Below, piece by piece: positions 25,351 to 38,800 of a DNA stretch of 64,000 nt. A program made the translations under genes and the position numbers. The stretch's first letter is position 1. Each line of letters begins with the position of its first letter. The notes beneath the pieces are model-generated. The model saw nothing but the letters and a program-made list of their open reading frames with translations, was not told where the DNA came from and did no database searches. Origin of the DNA: Psammoneis japonica (Eukaryota); the NCBI GenBank assembly GCA_008632985.1, contig QPGO01000029.1, positions 62,001-126,000 of the forward strand, given 5' to 3'.

Positions 25351-26374
25351 TATGGGGCTACGACTAGCAAAAAATGCAATATGATATAATCATTGACATA
25401 TAAAAAATATTGATATGATATATAAATGACGGATATACAAGAATGCTGAATGACTGCATATGACTTTTTGTGTAAGATTTGTACTGTTCTACGCACTTAA
25501 CGAAGAAAATGCTGAGGCAATACATAGAATGACTCTTCATAAGTACGAATTCAAATGAAGGTCATGCCCACGCCCGCCACGCCATTTAATCAAACATACG
25601 AGCATATATGAAGTATTATTCAAAGACGGAGTTGACAAACGGAGTATAGACGGTTGAATGTGTAACATTACAAAAACATCTAAATAGTTGAAAAGTATGG
25701 ACTTTTGTGAGACATTTGTATATGTAACACATGTAAAACCTGCTATTTGTTTTGGCAAGAACCGTTATTATTAAATAAAGGGGTACATAAAATCCAATAC
25801 AAAATGTCTGACCGGTATAACAGGTACGTTTATGCTAGTCGTAGCCTCATATCCGCCCTCACCCCCGTGGATGTATGGGGCTACGACTAGCAAAAAATGC
25901 AATATGATATAATCATTGACATATAAAAAACATTGATATGATATATTAATGACGTATATACAAGAATGCTGAATGACTGCATATGACTTTTTGTGTAAGA
26001 TTTGTACTGTTCTACGCACTTAACGAAGAAAATGCTGAGGCAATACATAGAATGACTCTTCATAAGTACGAATTCAAATGAAGGTCATGCCCACGCCCGC
26101 CACGCCATTTAATCAAACATACGAGCATATATGAAGTATTATTCAAAGACGGAGTTGACAAACGGAGTATCGACGGTTGAATGTGTAACATTACAAAAAC
26201 ATCTAAATAGTTGAAAAGTATGGACTTTTGTGAGACATTTGTATATGTAGCACATGTAAAACCTGCTATTTGTTTTGGCAAAAACCGTTATCGTTAAATA
26301 AAGGGGTACATAAAATCCAATACAAAATGTCTGACCGGTATAACAGGTACGTTTATGCTAGTCGTAGCCTCATA
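25351..26374. mobile_element. Two tandem, near-identical ~500 bp AT-rich MITE copies (period 523 bp)
   Basis: Each unit begins TATGGGGCTACGACTAGC and ends GCTAGTCGTAGCCTCATA (18-bp TIR, 1 mismatch). The copies are separated by a ~20 bp spacer and differ by only a few substitutions. Confidence 0.9.
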
Positions 26375-26529
26375 TCCTTAATATTATCCGCGACTTCCGA
26401 GTCGTGGGAACGCAATCTGGAAATCCTGCTCGAGACAAGACGATGCCGCCCGGGATCGACCATCGACACAAAAAGCAAACGCAGCATCGGTTATCTAACC
26501 TTTTGAAAGCAACGAAAACAAGGCAAAGC

Positions 26530-28020
26530 ATGAAGGCTCACCTATATAGGAACCCGCTTGTATTTCTGTCAATATTGTGTTGGAATGGATTGGCAGAGGA
26601 GGTGCCTTGTCCAACGTCTTTGAATTGTGCGCAAGGAGTCACGACTTGCGAGGACGGTCATGCAGATTTTTCCTTTCATCCTCAACTGGATGGAGAAGGT
26701 CCTCTCCAGTTTCATATTGATACGATAAGAGATGGTGCACACTGTAAATGTCCCGAGGGGCTCACTGGTATTGAATGTAATCACAAATTCTTATCTTGTG
26801 ATGCCAATCATGCGTGCTACCACGGCGGTCGTTGTATCGCTGGGCTGCGCGATGCATTTGGAAACACTCAAAGATTCTGCGATTGTAGTAATGCGCGAGA
26901 TGAGGATGGAAATCAATACGTGGGGAAATATTGCGAACGTCAAGTAATGGAGTTTTGCTCTCAATCCCACACCTCATTTTGTGTCAACGACGGAGTGTGC
27001 AGCGAGAAGTTTCCGTAAGTCACCATGTGATGGTCAACCTAGCTTTCTGCATTTTACTGATGAGCGTTTATTCCTATTCTTTGTCATTTACGACAAAAAG
27101 TCAAAAAGGACCACCTTGCATATGTTCAGAAGGATTCGAGGGACCCCATTGCGAGTTCAAGACGGGTACAATGCCATTATGTACCTTGGAGTGCGGCGAG
27201 GGTTACTGCCAGATGGGCAGTCTCCTCCCGATGTAGAATCTACGGGAAGCGCCGAAGACTACATGCAGTGCGTGTGTCCTGAAAATTTCGAAGGCAAAAA
27301 CTGTGAAATTTGAAAACACCTGAGGTCCAACACCAACCGGCTGAAATCTGCACAGTTGGTAATCGCGGACCTGGCAGACCCCTCTCGTTCTGTTTGAACA
27401 ACGGTTCATGCTTGCTGAAAGTACGAATAGGTGAAGAGTAAGTTGTACAGTAGGCTGATGCATTTTTCATTTCGCTGACTGCAGGCTCATCCTTTGTTTG
27501 ATGCTACTCGCAATGGTTCCAGACACCCAGGCTGCGAATGCCCCGATGGTTATACAGGCAATCACTGCGAGATGAAAGTACAACGAGGAACCGAAATGGT
27601 TGGCTCAGATCAAAATGCGCCTTTAGCGAATGACGAGCGAGGAGATCCAAGCGCCATTGTCGCATTTTCCTCTGTTGTGGGAGCAACGACATTGTGTGTT
27701 GTCATCCTCTTGGTGCTACGGATACGTCGTCGTAACGAAGCTTTTCAAAGTGTTGATCCGTCCACCATTAATTTGGCCCCAGTTCTGATCCAGATGACCT
27801 GGAGCCGGATGCCATGTATCGACCTTCCGACCGACAGGCTCCTTCAAGGCGAGATGTAGACTATCCAGACACGACAAACTTGGCGCCAGCGACAGACCCT
27901 GGTGACATTATGATTGAACCAACCACGACGCACCAACCCTCGTTTCACTATCCATTGGTAGATATTGGTCCTCAAAGAGACGAGGACGGGCACGACTTGC
28001 ATGATATTGAACTCATATAA
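26530..28020 (+). pseudogene. EGF-repeat membrane protein paralog 2, frameshifted (pseudogene or sequence errors)
   Basis: Exon 1 is intact (signal peptide, EGF cassette). Frameshift near 27220 (GYCQMGS to PPDVESTG), stop and missing EGF near 27311, another shift near 27780. TM and C-terminal 'HDIELI' are retained. Confidence 0.75.
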
Positions 28021-28130
28021 GAACAGTTCTTCTCTCTGCTCAAACTAGCGGCGCACTCTTGCAACTCCACGTGAACTCATATAGGAACAGTTCTTCTCTC
28101 TGCTCAAACTCACGGTGCCTCTTGCAACTC
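28010..28130. repeat. Short local duplication (period 63 bp) spanning the stop codon of paralog 2
   Basis: 'gaactcatata.gaacagttcttctctctgctcaaact' at ~28010 and ~28073, each followed by 'ctcttgcaactc'. Confidence 0.85.
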
Positions 28131-28786
28131 TCGTTGCAAGAATTGCGGAAGCACCAAAAGCTTTGTTTTAAAAACTTTCGGCGTGGATTGGTGACATGAC
28201 TACAGTACGTGTAGCGCAAAGGTGCTTTGTCGAAAAGGGAAATCATCGTGGGACTGGAAGGTCGCGGATTTTGAGAACAATTTGGAATTGCCGCAGGATT
28301 TTGCGGTCATAATATACCCTAAAGAACATATATATATATTAAAACTTTGGCTGGGTTCCCGCGAAAAACGTACAGTATCGTATGATTGCTACGTACTATA
28401 AGAGGGCCGTTGATTTTTGTCTTTTTATTTATGTATTGGTAATAAATACGTAAAAAAACAATATATTAGAGCATTAAGTATGATCATTAAAAAATCAAAT
28501 TTTGGAATTCTCAAAAATTTCAACGGACATGCGCAGTCAGTATAAGTTCTCCGTAGAATGGACAAAAGAAACAAATTTTGTAGCAAACGCATGTGCGTGG
28601 CTACGTGAACCATACCTACAGTACATACTGCACGTACCGTACACGGCGGTGCGTACCAGTATGGTACCAGTAGGTACTGTACGGTACGCGATGCGTGAGG
28701 ATTTTCGATCGTGTCGAAACACTAAACAGCACACACAGAAGCTTGAACGACGAGGTCATTGTTTCCGCAGACAGGAAGCAGCCACG

Positions 28787-30959
28787 ATGAGATCTGTTCG
28801 AAACGTCATCGCCCCTGTGGCGATGGTTCTGTCGGCCTTAATGACAAAGGCTTATGCTCAGTGTGATTTGGATTGTAATCCTGATGGAAACGCAACCCAA
28901 AAATATGAGAACGGAACACTCATGTGTCTGCAGGGTGAAGCTGACTTTGAGGCTCACAAGCTCCCGAGCGGACTTGTTCTTCCCTTTCATGTATTGAAGA
29001 AAAGTACCGGCGGATACCACTGTGTCTGTGGACCCACAGCTACCGGCTTGAAGTGCAAGCGTACGTTCGAGCAGTGTGAAGACGGTAAGAACAAGTGCTA
29101 CCACAACGGAAAGTGTGTTAACGCAGCCGTGGATGCGTTTGGCAACCCCAAGCCAATCTGCGATTGCAGCGGCGCCATGACGAGGGCACCGGAGAGTATG
29201 AGGCACATTGGCCAGTTCTGTGAGCATCCCGTCACGAGGTGCACCGATAAGAAACCTTTCGGCAATCTTTATTGCCTGAACAATGGAACCTGCCACAGCG
29301 ACCCGTAAGTCAGTCCCGCTGTTGCTCATTTTTATATCTAAGAAGAATTCTCATTTTTAAATCTTACTTACCTACAGCGAAAACAACCCGGACGGACCTT
29401 GTAAGTGTGGTGAAGGCTTCTATGGTCCTCATTGCGAGTTTACTGTGAAAGCCAACTCTGAGACCTGCACCCTCAAGTGCGAACACGGCGGAAAGTGCAA
29501 GAGCGGCTTTGACGGCTTTCAGCAAGCTGTTCTCATGTTTGGCCAGACTGGCTTCTTTGACGAAAAGGACGATTACCAGCACTGTGAATGCCCTGATGGT
29601 TACGCCGGCAGGTTTTGTGAGTTCAAACTCAACGCGGATGGAAATCGTCTTTGCGGCGATATCCCCTGCCAGCGTGGAGGCGAGTGCGTTCAGAAGGTTG
29701 ATCCAACGAGTGGAGACATTGTAAGGCGCTGCGACTGCACGAATGCGAAGAATAGTACTCATTTGTTTGGAGGAAGGTACTGCCAGCATGCGTCTACTTC
29801 CTTTTGCTCTCTTAACGTGGATCAGAACGGAAAACCGTTTTGTGTGAATGGCGGAACGTGCCGTGAGGGCGGATCGTAAGTGAACAGGCTGCATCATTTC
29901 ACGAAATGCAATTATATGGCATTGCTGTTGTTTAATATGGGGATCTAATCTGTCGCTATGGTTTTCCTCTCCTTATCCAGAGAATTGGGTTGTGATTGCC
30001 CAGCTGGTTTTACCGGAGCCATGTGCGATATTGTGTTGGACGGCACGAACGAGACGGAGACCGAAATCAAGGAAGAGGCCAAGTGCGAGCTTGATTGTGG
30101 AGACGGAAAGTGCCGCAAGGGTATCAAAGATATGAGTCTATTGGAAGGGTACGGTGCCGAGCTTGCCCACATTGCCGAAGAGACCAGCCAGGACTTTCAG
30201 CATTGCGTCTGCCCCGCGGGATTGGTTGGACCCAGGTGTGAATTTAAGGTTGAGATTTGTGGCAAGGGAGAACATTTGTGCTTTCATGGATCCAAGTGTG
30301 TCGACGACAAGGACAGTAAGACGTGTGACTGTGATCACACCTTCAACTCTCTCACTCAGTTTGCGGGAGCGTTCTGCCAGCACGAGGCATCATCATTTTG
30401 CACAAAATCCGGTCAGCCCGCAACTGGGGGTAAATCCAGCAAGGCGTTCTGCGTGAACGGCGGCACTTGCAAGGGCACGATTAAGGATGGTGACAAGAAC
30501 GCAGAGTAAGTACATACGGCAGTGAGAATCTCCGGCAGGCGCAGTTCTTTGCAAGTCAATGATTGCTAACAACATTGGAATTACTCGTTACTTGCCTACG
30601 TTACTCTTAGACACCCTGGTTGCGACTGCAAGTCTGATTTTGAGGGAGATCATTGCGAATACAGGAAAGGGTCTGCGTACAACCCCTTTTCTTTGACTGT
30701 TGACGATCCAGGACAATCTGACGATGGAAAGTTGACCACGGCTGGCATTGTGTTGATCACACTTGCATCAGTTGCAGTTGTCGCTGCGTTTGCCTTTTTC
30801 ATTTTCATGAAGTCGAAAAGCCGCCACGGAAAAGAGGCGCGCATTACCGAAGAAAAGTTGGGAGAACCGGCACCTGCCCCCACCTCCGCGCCTGTTTTGA
30901 ACATGGGCCCCGACAAGGATGCCGATGGAAACGAGGTAACTGATGTAGAAATCATTTAG
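28787..30959 (+). CDS. EGF-like repeat type I membrane protein (paralog 3), 4 exons
   Basis: Signal peptide 'MRSVRNVIAPVAMVLSALMTKAYA'; three 3-EGF cassettes with GTAAG introns at ~29305, ~29876 and ~30506; TM 'AGIVLITLASVAVVAAFAFFIFM'; ends 'TDVEII'. Confidence 0.92.
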
Positions 30960-31448
30960 GAGATGCCTGGGTGTTAACCAGGGCCTTTTTGTGTTTGAGT
31001 CTTGGTGCAAGTGCCACTTCCTTGGTTGTGGCTGTTTCACCTTGTAAATTCCTTGGCTCATTAGCTGTAAGATAGATTTTTAGGATGAAAAATTTCAGAA
31101 GTTGTGCAGATAGATGTCAAGAAAGATGGAAGATTCGACGGTATAAACTCGATGTCGAAAGCACTAGAGAAGTTTAGCTTGTGATCACTGAGCAATATAA
31201 TATGCTGCCGTACACCAGTTTTGCGCTTTAGTTTAGCTGAGTAGAAGTATTCTGATGCAAACCGTACACTCCTCCCGAGTAACTAAACCTATGAACCTTC
31301 CAAATAATACGTTACAAAATTGTCGCAAGATTTAAAAATTGCGCAGTACACTAGAGAGAGAACGAGGAACCTTTGATGTTCAGACTATGAAACAACACGT
31401 GTACGGCCAAGATCCGGAATTTCGAGTGTAGCTTGCTTCGTCGTGCTT

Positions 31449-31963
31449 TCACTCATGCTTTATCGCCTTCTTCTGTTTTCCAGGATGCAAGAACTGTAGG
31501 AAGAGAACAGAATAGATAAGATGCAATATGGAGGCTAGAACAGTTTCTGAATCGTTACGCCGAGTCTCTGGTTCATCAGAGCCGAGCTCTGGCAGGTCAT
31601 CAAACTCCCGCGATTTTGTTTCCACTTCACTTTCTTCACCTAGAGTCAAGGAGCAGCACCATAGTTGCGAAAAAAGGGTAAGAGCATTGTAAAGATTGAG
31701 ATCGAAACAAAAATTTCAGAATACAAACGGAAACATATCACGAGTAGCTCACCATCATCTGCATTGGCAGCCGCCTCTGTTTCTTTCTCGCCTGGCGGTG
31801 CACAACAACGAACGACGTTGCACCAAGAAAACGTTGCTTTGGGGGCTACATCTAGATCTTTGTTGTCTAGTCCACTTTCAGGTGTCAACAGAGGACTAGA
31901 ACGCTCAGATTCCACAAGGGGAGGAGCGCTCTCCGTTGTCACAAGGGGCGTTGAACTCGTCAT
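31449..31963 (-). CDS. Small hypothetical acidic protein, probably spliced
   Basis: Two ORF segments with coding-like composition ('MTSSTPLV..WCNVVRCC' and 'LWCCSLTLGEESEVE'), with a likely GTGAG donor near 31752. Divergent from AP-2 alpha. 3' end uncertain. Confidence 0.45.
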
Positions 31964-32284
31964 GGCGGTTCGCTCTCAAATGAGGAAAGAGTTCGATTCG
32001 CATGCAACGTGTTCAAGTACGGAGTTTCTACGCCTTATAAAGCCTCAAGAATGTATAAGTTATTTAAATTTAAATTTATGTACCTCTACTAATATTTATG
32101 ATTTTGAAAGACTCGTACAAAGCTACGTGAGCTATGTATGTGCCAACAGGTACTGCTTCTACGTGATGACCGCCTTGCCATTCGGCATTGCAGTTGAAAT
32201 CACTCACAAGCCGCCCCGCGCCCAGATCGAAAAGCGCCGCTCAATAGATCGACTGTCTTTGGGGTTGTGGTAAACGTCGACACC

Positions 32285-35200
32285 ATGGCGTCTCAAGCGA
32301 GGGGGCTGCAAAACTTTATCTCTGATTTGCGTAATGCAAAGAGCAAGGTAAGAAGAGATTTTGCGATTGATGGACGCCATGGCCTTTTGACGCAGAGCAT
32401 GCAATGCAAATTTGATTGCTGCCAATCGATTCAAGCTGTTTAAGGACCGTGCGAACTCGGATCGTTAAGTAATTTGGTTTTCCGTTATTGGTGGCCTAAA
32501 TAAGTTTTTTCGGTACTTATGCCATGCGAACTCCTGCCTTTTTGTCTCGACCATCACGGTGGATGTTGTTCGTGTGGAGAGGGTCACGGTCGTGGGTCGC
32601 AATGAGCCGGGACTTGCCACGAAAGGCGAGAAATCGGCCTTATTTTATGCCACGTGCTCTGTTGTGACTCATGGATGGATTTTTCAAAGAATTTGAAACG
32701 CTGACATGTGTTTTTTCTCGTTGAAATATCGCAGGAGGAAGAGACAAAACGCGTCGACAAGGAACTAGCAAATATCAGGAAGAAGTTTACGAGCGGCAGT
32801 TCTAGTTCAAAGAAGAGCGAGGCCGGAAGTAACCCCTCATTGTCATCTTATCAGCGGAAAAAGTATGTGTGGAAGCTTGTTTATATTCATGTGCTCGGAT
32901 ACGATGTTGACTTTGGGCATGCAGAAGTTTTAGCGCTGGTTAGGTCGAATAAATATTCTGAGAAGCAGGTGGGATATGCAGCTCTCAGTCTCCTGTTACG
33001 TGGTGACGATCCAATGATGAACAGCATTATTGGTACGATTCGTAAGGACTTGACAACTCCTACTGCGACGTCGGGAAAAGCGGGACCTACCAGCGATGCA
33101 GCTCAGTGTTTGGCGCTTTGCTCGATTGCGAACATTTCTGGACTTGAGCTCGTTCAAACTCTCCACGTTGAGGTACAGCAGGTCCTGGTATCAACCACTT
33201 CGACCCCTAGTGTGAAGAAAAAGGCTGCACTCTGTCTGCTTCGCTTGATACGTTCGAGTCCGAGCCTCGTTGTCGGCCGGGAGTTTGCCCCGCATGTTGC
33301 TCAGTTGCTGCAGGATCGGCATCTTGGCGTCCTTACTAGTTCTATGAGTCTTCTCAATGGGCTTGCATCTCAGAATGCGACAGAGTACGAGAGCCTTATT
33401 CCATACGTGGTTCATATATTGGGAATGCTTGTTCTGAAGAAAGCTTGCGCGAGAGAGTACCTGTACTATCGCACGCCCAGTCCGTGGCTTCAAATCAAAC
33501 TTCTGAAATTCCTTCAGCTTTACCCGCAGTGCATTGTTCCTCCGGTCGAGAATGGTGGAGAGAATGGAGGCCCGAATGCGAATAAAGCTTACGTTGCGCA
33601 GCTTACCAGCGTCGTGTCGAAGATTCTAACCGAAACGGATGTCTCAGATTCGATAAACAAATCAAATGCAGACCACGCAATCCTCTTTGAAGCTGTTAAC
33701 CTCATTGTTACGTGGGGAGCAAGTGGTCCAATCCAACTTCGAGAAGGTGCTATGAAGTTGCTGGGTAAATTCATATCGGTGCGAGAGCCCAACATTCGGT
33801 ACCTTGGATTAATGACAATGGCGAAGCTCGCGCAGCTTGAGGGAAGTGCGGAGGGTATCAAAAAGCATCAGGCCACCGTACTTGTCTCTTTGAAAGATGC
33901 AGACATTAGCGTTCGTCGTCGTGCGCTTGATCTGCTGTTTGTAATGTGCGATACTGACAATGCGGAGCGGATTGTTGATGAGCTAGTTGCGCATCTTGTT
34001 CTTGCGGATGCTGCTATTCGGGAAGAAATGGTTTTGAAAATTGCAATCTTGGCAGAGAAGTATGCGACAGATCTTCGATGGTATGTAGACACCATCCTAA
34101 AGCTTATCTCGATTAGTGGCGATCACGTAAGCGACGCCATTTGGCATCGTGTTGTTCAAATTGTGACGAATCATCCGCAAGGTGACTTGCAGGCGTACGC
34201 AGCTGCCACGCTGCTTGTTGCCGCCAGTCCACGCCGGTGTCACGAGACGGCTGTGCGGGTTGCTGCGTATGTACTTGGCGAATTTGGTTTCTTGATTGCT
34301 GAGCGACCGGGTATGAGCGGTGAAGAACAGTTCCGAATTCTGCACCAGCATTGGGCTACTTCTGATGCTCAGACTCGTGCGATTCTCATCAGTACATATG
34401 CGAAACTGGCAAATCTCTACGAGGAATGTAGACCTTTGGTTGCTCCAGTGTTTGCTCGTTGCAGGAATAGTGTAGATGTGGAGATCCAACAACGTTCGGC
34501 AGAGTATGCATCAATGAGGGAGGCGTTTAGCCCGGAGGCCGTGGAGGATTTGCTTCGCGAAATGCCGCCCTTTGAGGATCGCAGACAGAGTGCGTTGGAA
34601 CAACGATTGAGGGAGAAGGAAGGAGAGGACAGCGCAGCGGTCGTCAAGGCTGCTCGCCCAAGTGCGGCTGAAAGGCAGCGTGCCGCCCAAAGTGCTGCTG
34701 CGGCACGAGCTGCAGAGGAGGCTGCTGCACTTGCTGAACAGAATGTGCCCGAAGATGACGGGGAGGCAGTAAGCGACCTTGATGATGCACAAGGTACGGC
34801 GTATGACCCGTTATCTGCATTCTTTCCTTTGTATTTGTATGTTTGGATTTTACCTCACTGCTGTTCTTTCATACTCTTCTGTCTCAGATGATGAATCTCC
34901 TCAGCATGATGTAGAAGCTCCGCCGGTCGTCGGAATTCCAAAGGACATCATCCCAGCCATGCGCAAGGCTTTCTCAAACCTTTGCACATCTCCGTCGGGT
35001 GTTTTGTTTGAGAACTCAATGCTTCAGGTGGGAGTGAAGCACGAGTATGTCGGCGCCCAAGGACGCATCTCGGTTTTCTTTGGAAACCTGAGTAGCGAAC
35101 CTTTGCAGAACTTCCGGGCGATAGTGGACGAAGGGGAGCATCTTCGTATGCAGAAACAGGGGACTCAAGGATTACTTGACGAAGAAGATGACGGCGGGTG

Positions 35201-35830
35201 TACTATTGCAGTTAGAACTCAGGCGAAGCTGCTGCTTCTTGTTGAGGTAACCGCCCCTTTTGACGATGCTCCAGCCATGAGAGTTGTGTTTAATACTGAA
35301 AGTGGCGAGAGGCACGAATATCCGTTGCGTCTTCCTATTGTCGCCACATGCTTTATGGAACCCGTGACGCTAGAGCCTGCTGCGTTCATGCAGCGGTGGA
35401 AGAGCCTGGAGGGCCAAGACCGAGAATGCCAGGAAGTTGTCAAGGCCCCAGCAAACGCGCCTCCTATCGATGAAGAGTACATGGAAAGAATTTCGCACAT
35501 AATAACCGATGGTTTGAAATTTGGAAGATGCGCTGGATGCGATCCGACGCCATGGACTGTCTCTGGAGCTGCGACCTTTCGAACCGGTGCAAAAGACTTG
35601 AATGGAAACAACATCAACGTTGGCTGTTTGGTACGGGTGGAAGCGAATCCCCAAGCCGGTGCTTTCAGGTGAGTTGATTTTGACATCGTTTGTTTTACTG
35701 GAGGCGAAGAATCTTCTAACAGCATTGTTCTGACCTTGCCATTTTTAGAGTGACAACAAGAACTTTGCATCCACTATGCTCGAAAGCTGTGAAGAATGTT
35801 GCGCTTGTAAGCATCAAGTTGGCGTCATAG
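32285..35830 (+). CDS. AP2A: AP-2 complex subunit alpha (alpha-adaptin), 4 exons
   Basis: 'MASQARGLQNFISDLRNAKSK|EEETKRVDKELANIRKKF', 'YQRKKYVWKLVYIHVLGYDVDFGH', 'REEMVLKIAILAEKYATD', plus appendage domain. Stop TAG at 35828-35830. Confidence 0.97.
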
Positions 35831-38800
35831 TGTGTGCATATTCCTTCCGTCGGAAGCTTTTTGATGATGGCATTTACAACCCAGTGAGATCGGTGTTTTC
35901 CCTGATAGATTTGTTGTGCGCTGTAATCGATGCGACGATGTTCAACCTTTTACCGTACGTCTCTTTGCTCCGCTATTTGGAAATTATTGGAATGCGTGGA
36001 AGAGAATTTTAATTATTGATAGCATTACTAATACAAAGGAAGAGATGATAATGTGAAAGGTTTCTTAATTTTAGTGGTTCTGCAGTTCCTACCGTAGCAT
36101 ACTCGTTGCGTTTGAACGGGCTACCGCGTAGGATCTACCAAAAGGACGAACGATCTCAGAGCTCTCCTCTACTTTTTCTTTTTGTTGCCATTATCCAAAT
36201 ATTGTGACAGAAGGAAAAGGGTGCTTGCTTTGCCTCGCTTCTTTTCAGCCTTTGCTTTGTCCATGCAATCTTCGTACTCCTTCACATACTTGTACAGAGG
36301 TGCAATGTGATAATTGGCAGCCGGGACCGCATTCATTACCTTCATCATTTCATTATAACACGGAGCCGCACGCCTTCTTTTCTGTTTGGCACAACGGTGT
36401 TGTATGGCAGCGAAGAACTGAGTGATGGTTTATGCAGAAAAATAACAAACAATTCTCAGGTCGATTCAGGCATGAGCTGCCTACCTTTGCGGCGATTCTG
36501 AGCTGCTCAAGCGTGATTCTAAATCGGACAGGAGGAGACATGGTGAATACTCCAAGCCGAGCTGCTGTGCTGCCGCTGTCAAATGTCACAAACCCACCTG
36601 CGTCGCGTCACCGCTCGGCTGCTCACATGGTGATTTCGGTTAGGGTTGCGGTCGCCGCACATACCGTTCCGTCACTCGAGAAAGGTTATGAGCTGATTCT
36701 TTCCATTCAAAATTCAAACACATTGTCCACTTGCCCTCTGCCAGCAGCAGAGAACAAAGGAGCAAGCAGAGCTGATTGCATTGGTGTGCGTTGGATGGGT
36801 GAGTGCGGTTGTGTCAATGTTGGGTTCCTTGGCAGTCGAAAGCAAATTGAGGTGAGATGGGGAAGGTTGAAGGAGCTTTTCGCCAACACAGCTGGTTTTG
36901 TCATCTGGAGAGTGTCGCGAGAATGACAGCGCACCATGTTGTTGCTCTCCACATGATGGAGTGCCTTGGCTGCCAAACACTCCACTCTGGAGCCCAAATT
37001 TCTCTTCATGAGACAACAAGAGGAGAGTGCTCTCTTGCTCTTTTGCTCTCTGATGTGGTGTGTGCTGGGTGTGCTGGGCAGCCAGAGGAGGGGGGGGGGT
37101 GCCAGAGCAAAAACTCAGCAACAGCTGGAGCAGCACCAGGAGCCAACAAATGTTTCATTGGAAAATGCCTTGGCAATGAAACACACCCTGCTTTCACTGT
37201 CAAGAGGGGAGCAGAGGAGCTGTGGAAGTTGGCGGGTTTGCAAAATTCTCAGACAGCACGATGGGCACTCTCCAACAAGAGAGGACGACACAGCAACCCT
37301 GATTTTTTTAAACAAAAAGCAGCTGAAAATTTTGCTTTTTTGTTTTGGTGAGAAAAACACATGTGTCCTGTGTTTTGTGTCCAGAGGCCAGATTTGCCAT
37401 GGGACAAACGTGCTCCATTTTGTGTCCATCAGCGCCATTCTGCAAAGTCCTTCAATCAATTGTGTGAAGTTGCAAAATTTGATGTGACAGATCTTCTTCA
37501 ACTCCTTGACATTGTGCGGACATTGCCATGAATGCAAAAGCTTTCACATCACATGCTGTTGGAGACATCTCTCCACTGCAGTGTCTGCCCCCAGCAAGGC
37601 ACCTTGGCTGGGCAAGGAACAGACCACATTGATGGCTGGCCAGCGCCAGAAACCATTTCAAGTTTTGCAAAAGATGATGTGTGTCATCTGAGAGCAAAGA
37701 CAGTGACTCCCACTCCTCTTCCAGTGCAGCTCCAAAACCATGACAGACAATGACTTGAAGATTGTTGTGGACAAGGGTGGCTCTGGGATCAAGCACTCAG
37801 TGAATGCCCCGGGTCCTTCCATGGATCTTCCATGACAAAAAATGACATTCCTGAGTGATGTCCCAGCCACTGTTCAGAAGGCACTCAGCTCTCTTCTGGA
37901 CAACAGTCCTTGGCCACCCAGCCAACTTTGCTCTGACTTTCAGCATTGCAGGCCCTGCAACAGGGTTGTCACTCCAGCATGACTGCTCTGATTTGTGCTG
38001 CTCCTGCCATGTGTGCTGCCTTTGCTGAGGTGGGAGCCCCCTCTTCAATGTTTTGTCTTTGCTTCTTGCACACTGCCCTCCAGATCACTTCTTTGTTTGC
38101 ACACTGAACACATGTGCTTGAGCAGATGCCCTGGCCAGCAGTGATGCTGACACTCTTCCTTCAGGAGAAGAAAGCCTCCAAGAAACAACTGCAGAAGCAG
38201 ATGCTTTGTGTCAGTTTGGACAAGAAAGCAAGAGTTGCCAAAACTCATGCACATCTTTCTCACTGCATGGCCTGCCATCTTCTCAACTGTTGTTGTGCTC
38301 ATGGGAGATTTGTGCCAAGAATCACTTGGTTGTTTGGTCCCATCTTTGGAGTCACATTTGCTGACTTTCTCCCACTTCCTGTCATTTGTGGTTGTCACCT
38401 TGCTGCTCATTGTGTTGTTGATTCCTGCTTTGAATCAACTTTTTGTTCAGCACATCTTTCTGGGAGCATGGATCATCATGGTGACTTTCATGCTTGCATC
38501 ACACAATGGCAGTGGGTCATGTGCCTCAATTTGGGACACAAGTCAGGCCCGTCAATGACACATTGGCAGATTTTGAATGCTTGGCTCTTGTGATGTGGAC
38601 AGCTGTCATTTTTGCTGCCTTTCAGCTTGCAGCACCAATGACAGCAAGTGTTTGTGACAACAAGAAGATTGTTCTGCCCATTTTCAAAGTTGAGGCGAGC
38701 TTCATCTTTTGCTCAAACTTGAGTCTGTTGTTGGTTCTCAGCACTTGCTTTGGACTTGACAGCATGCAAGAAAATGGAGCAACCTCAGTTGGGAAAAGAT

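Noticed and set aside
25266..26281. Duplicated 73-82 aa ORFs as small genes
   Set aside because: They lie within the AT-rich MITE copies, have non-ATG starts and show no coding features.
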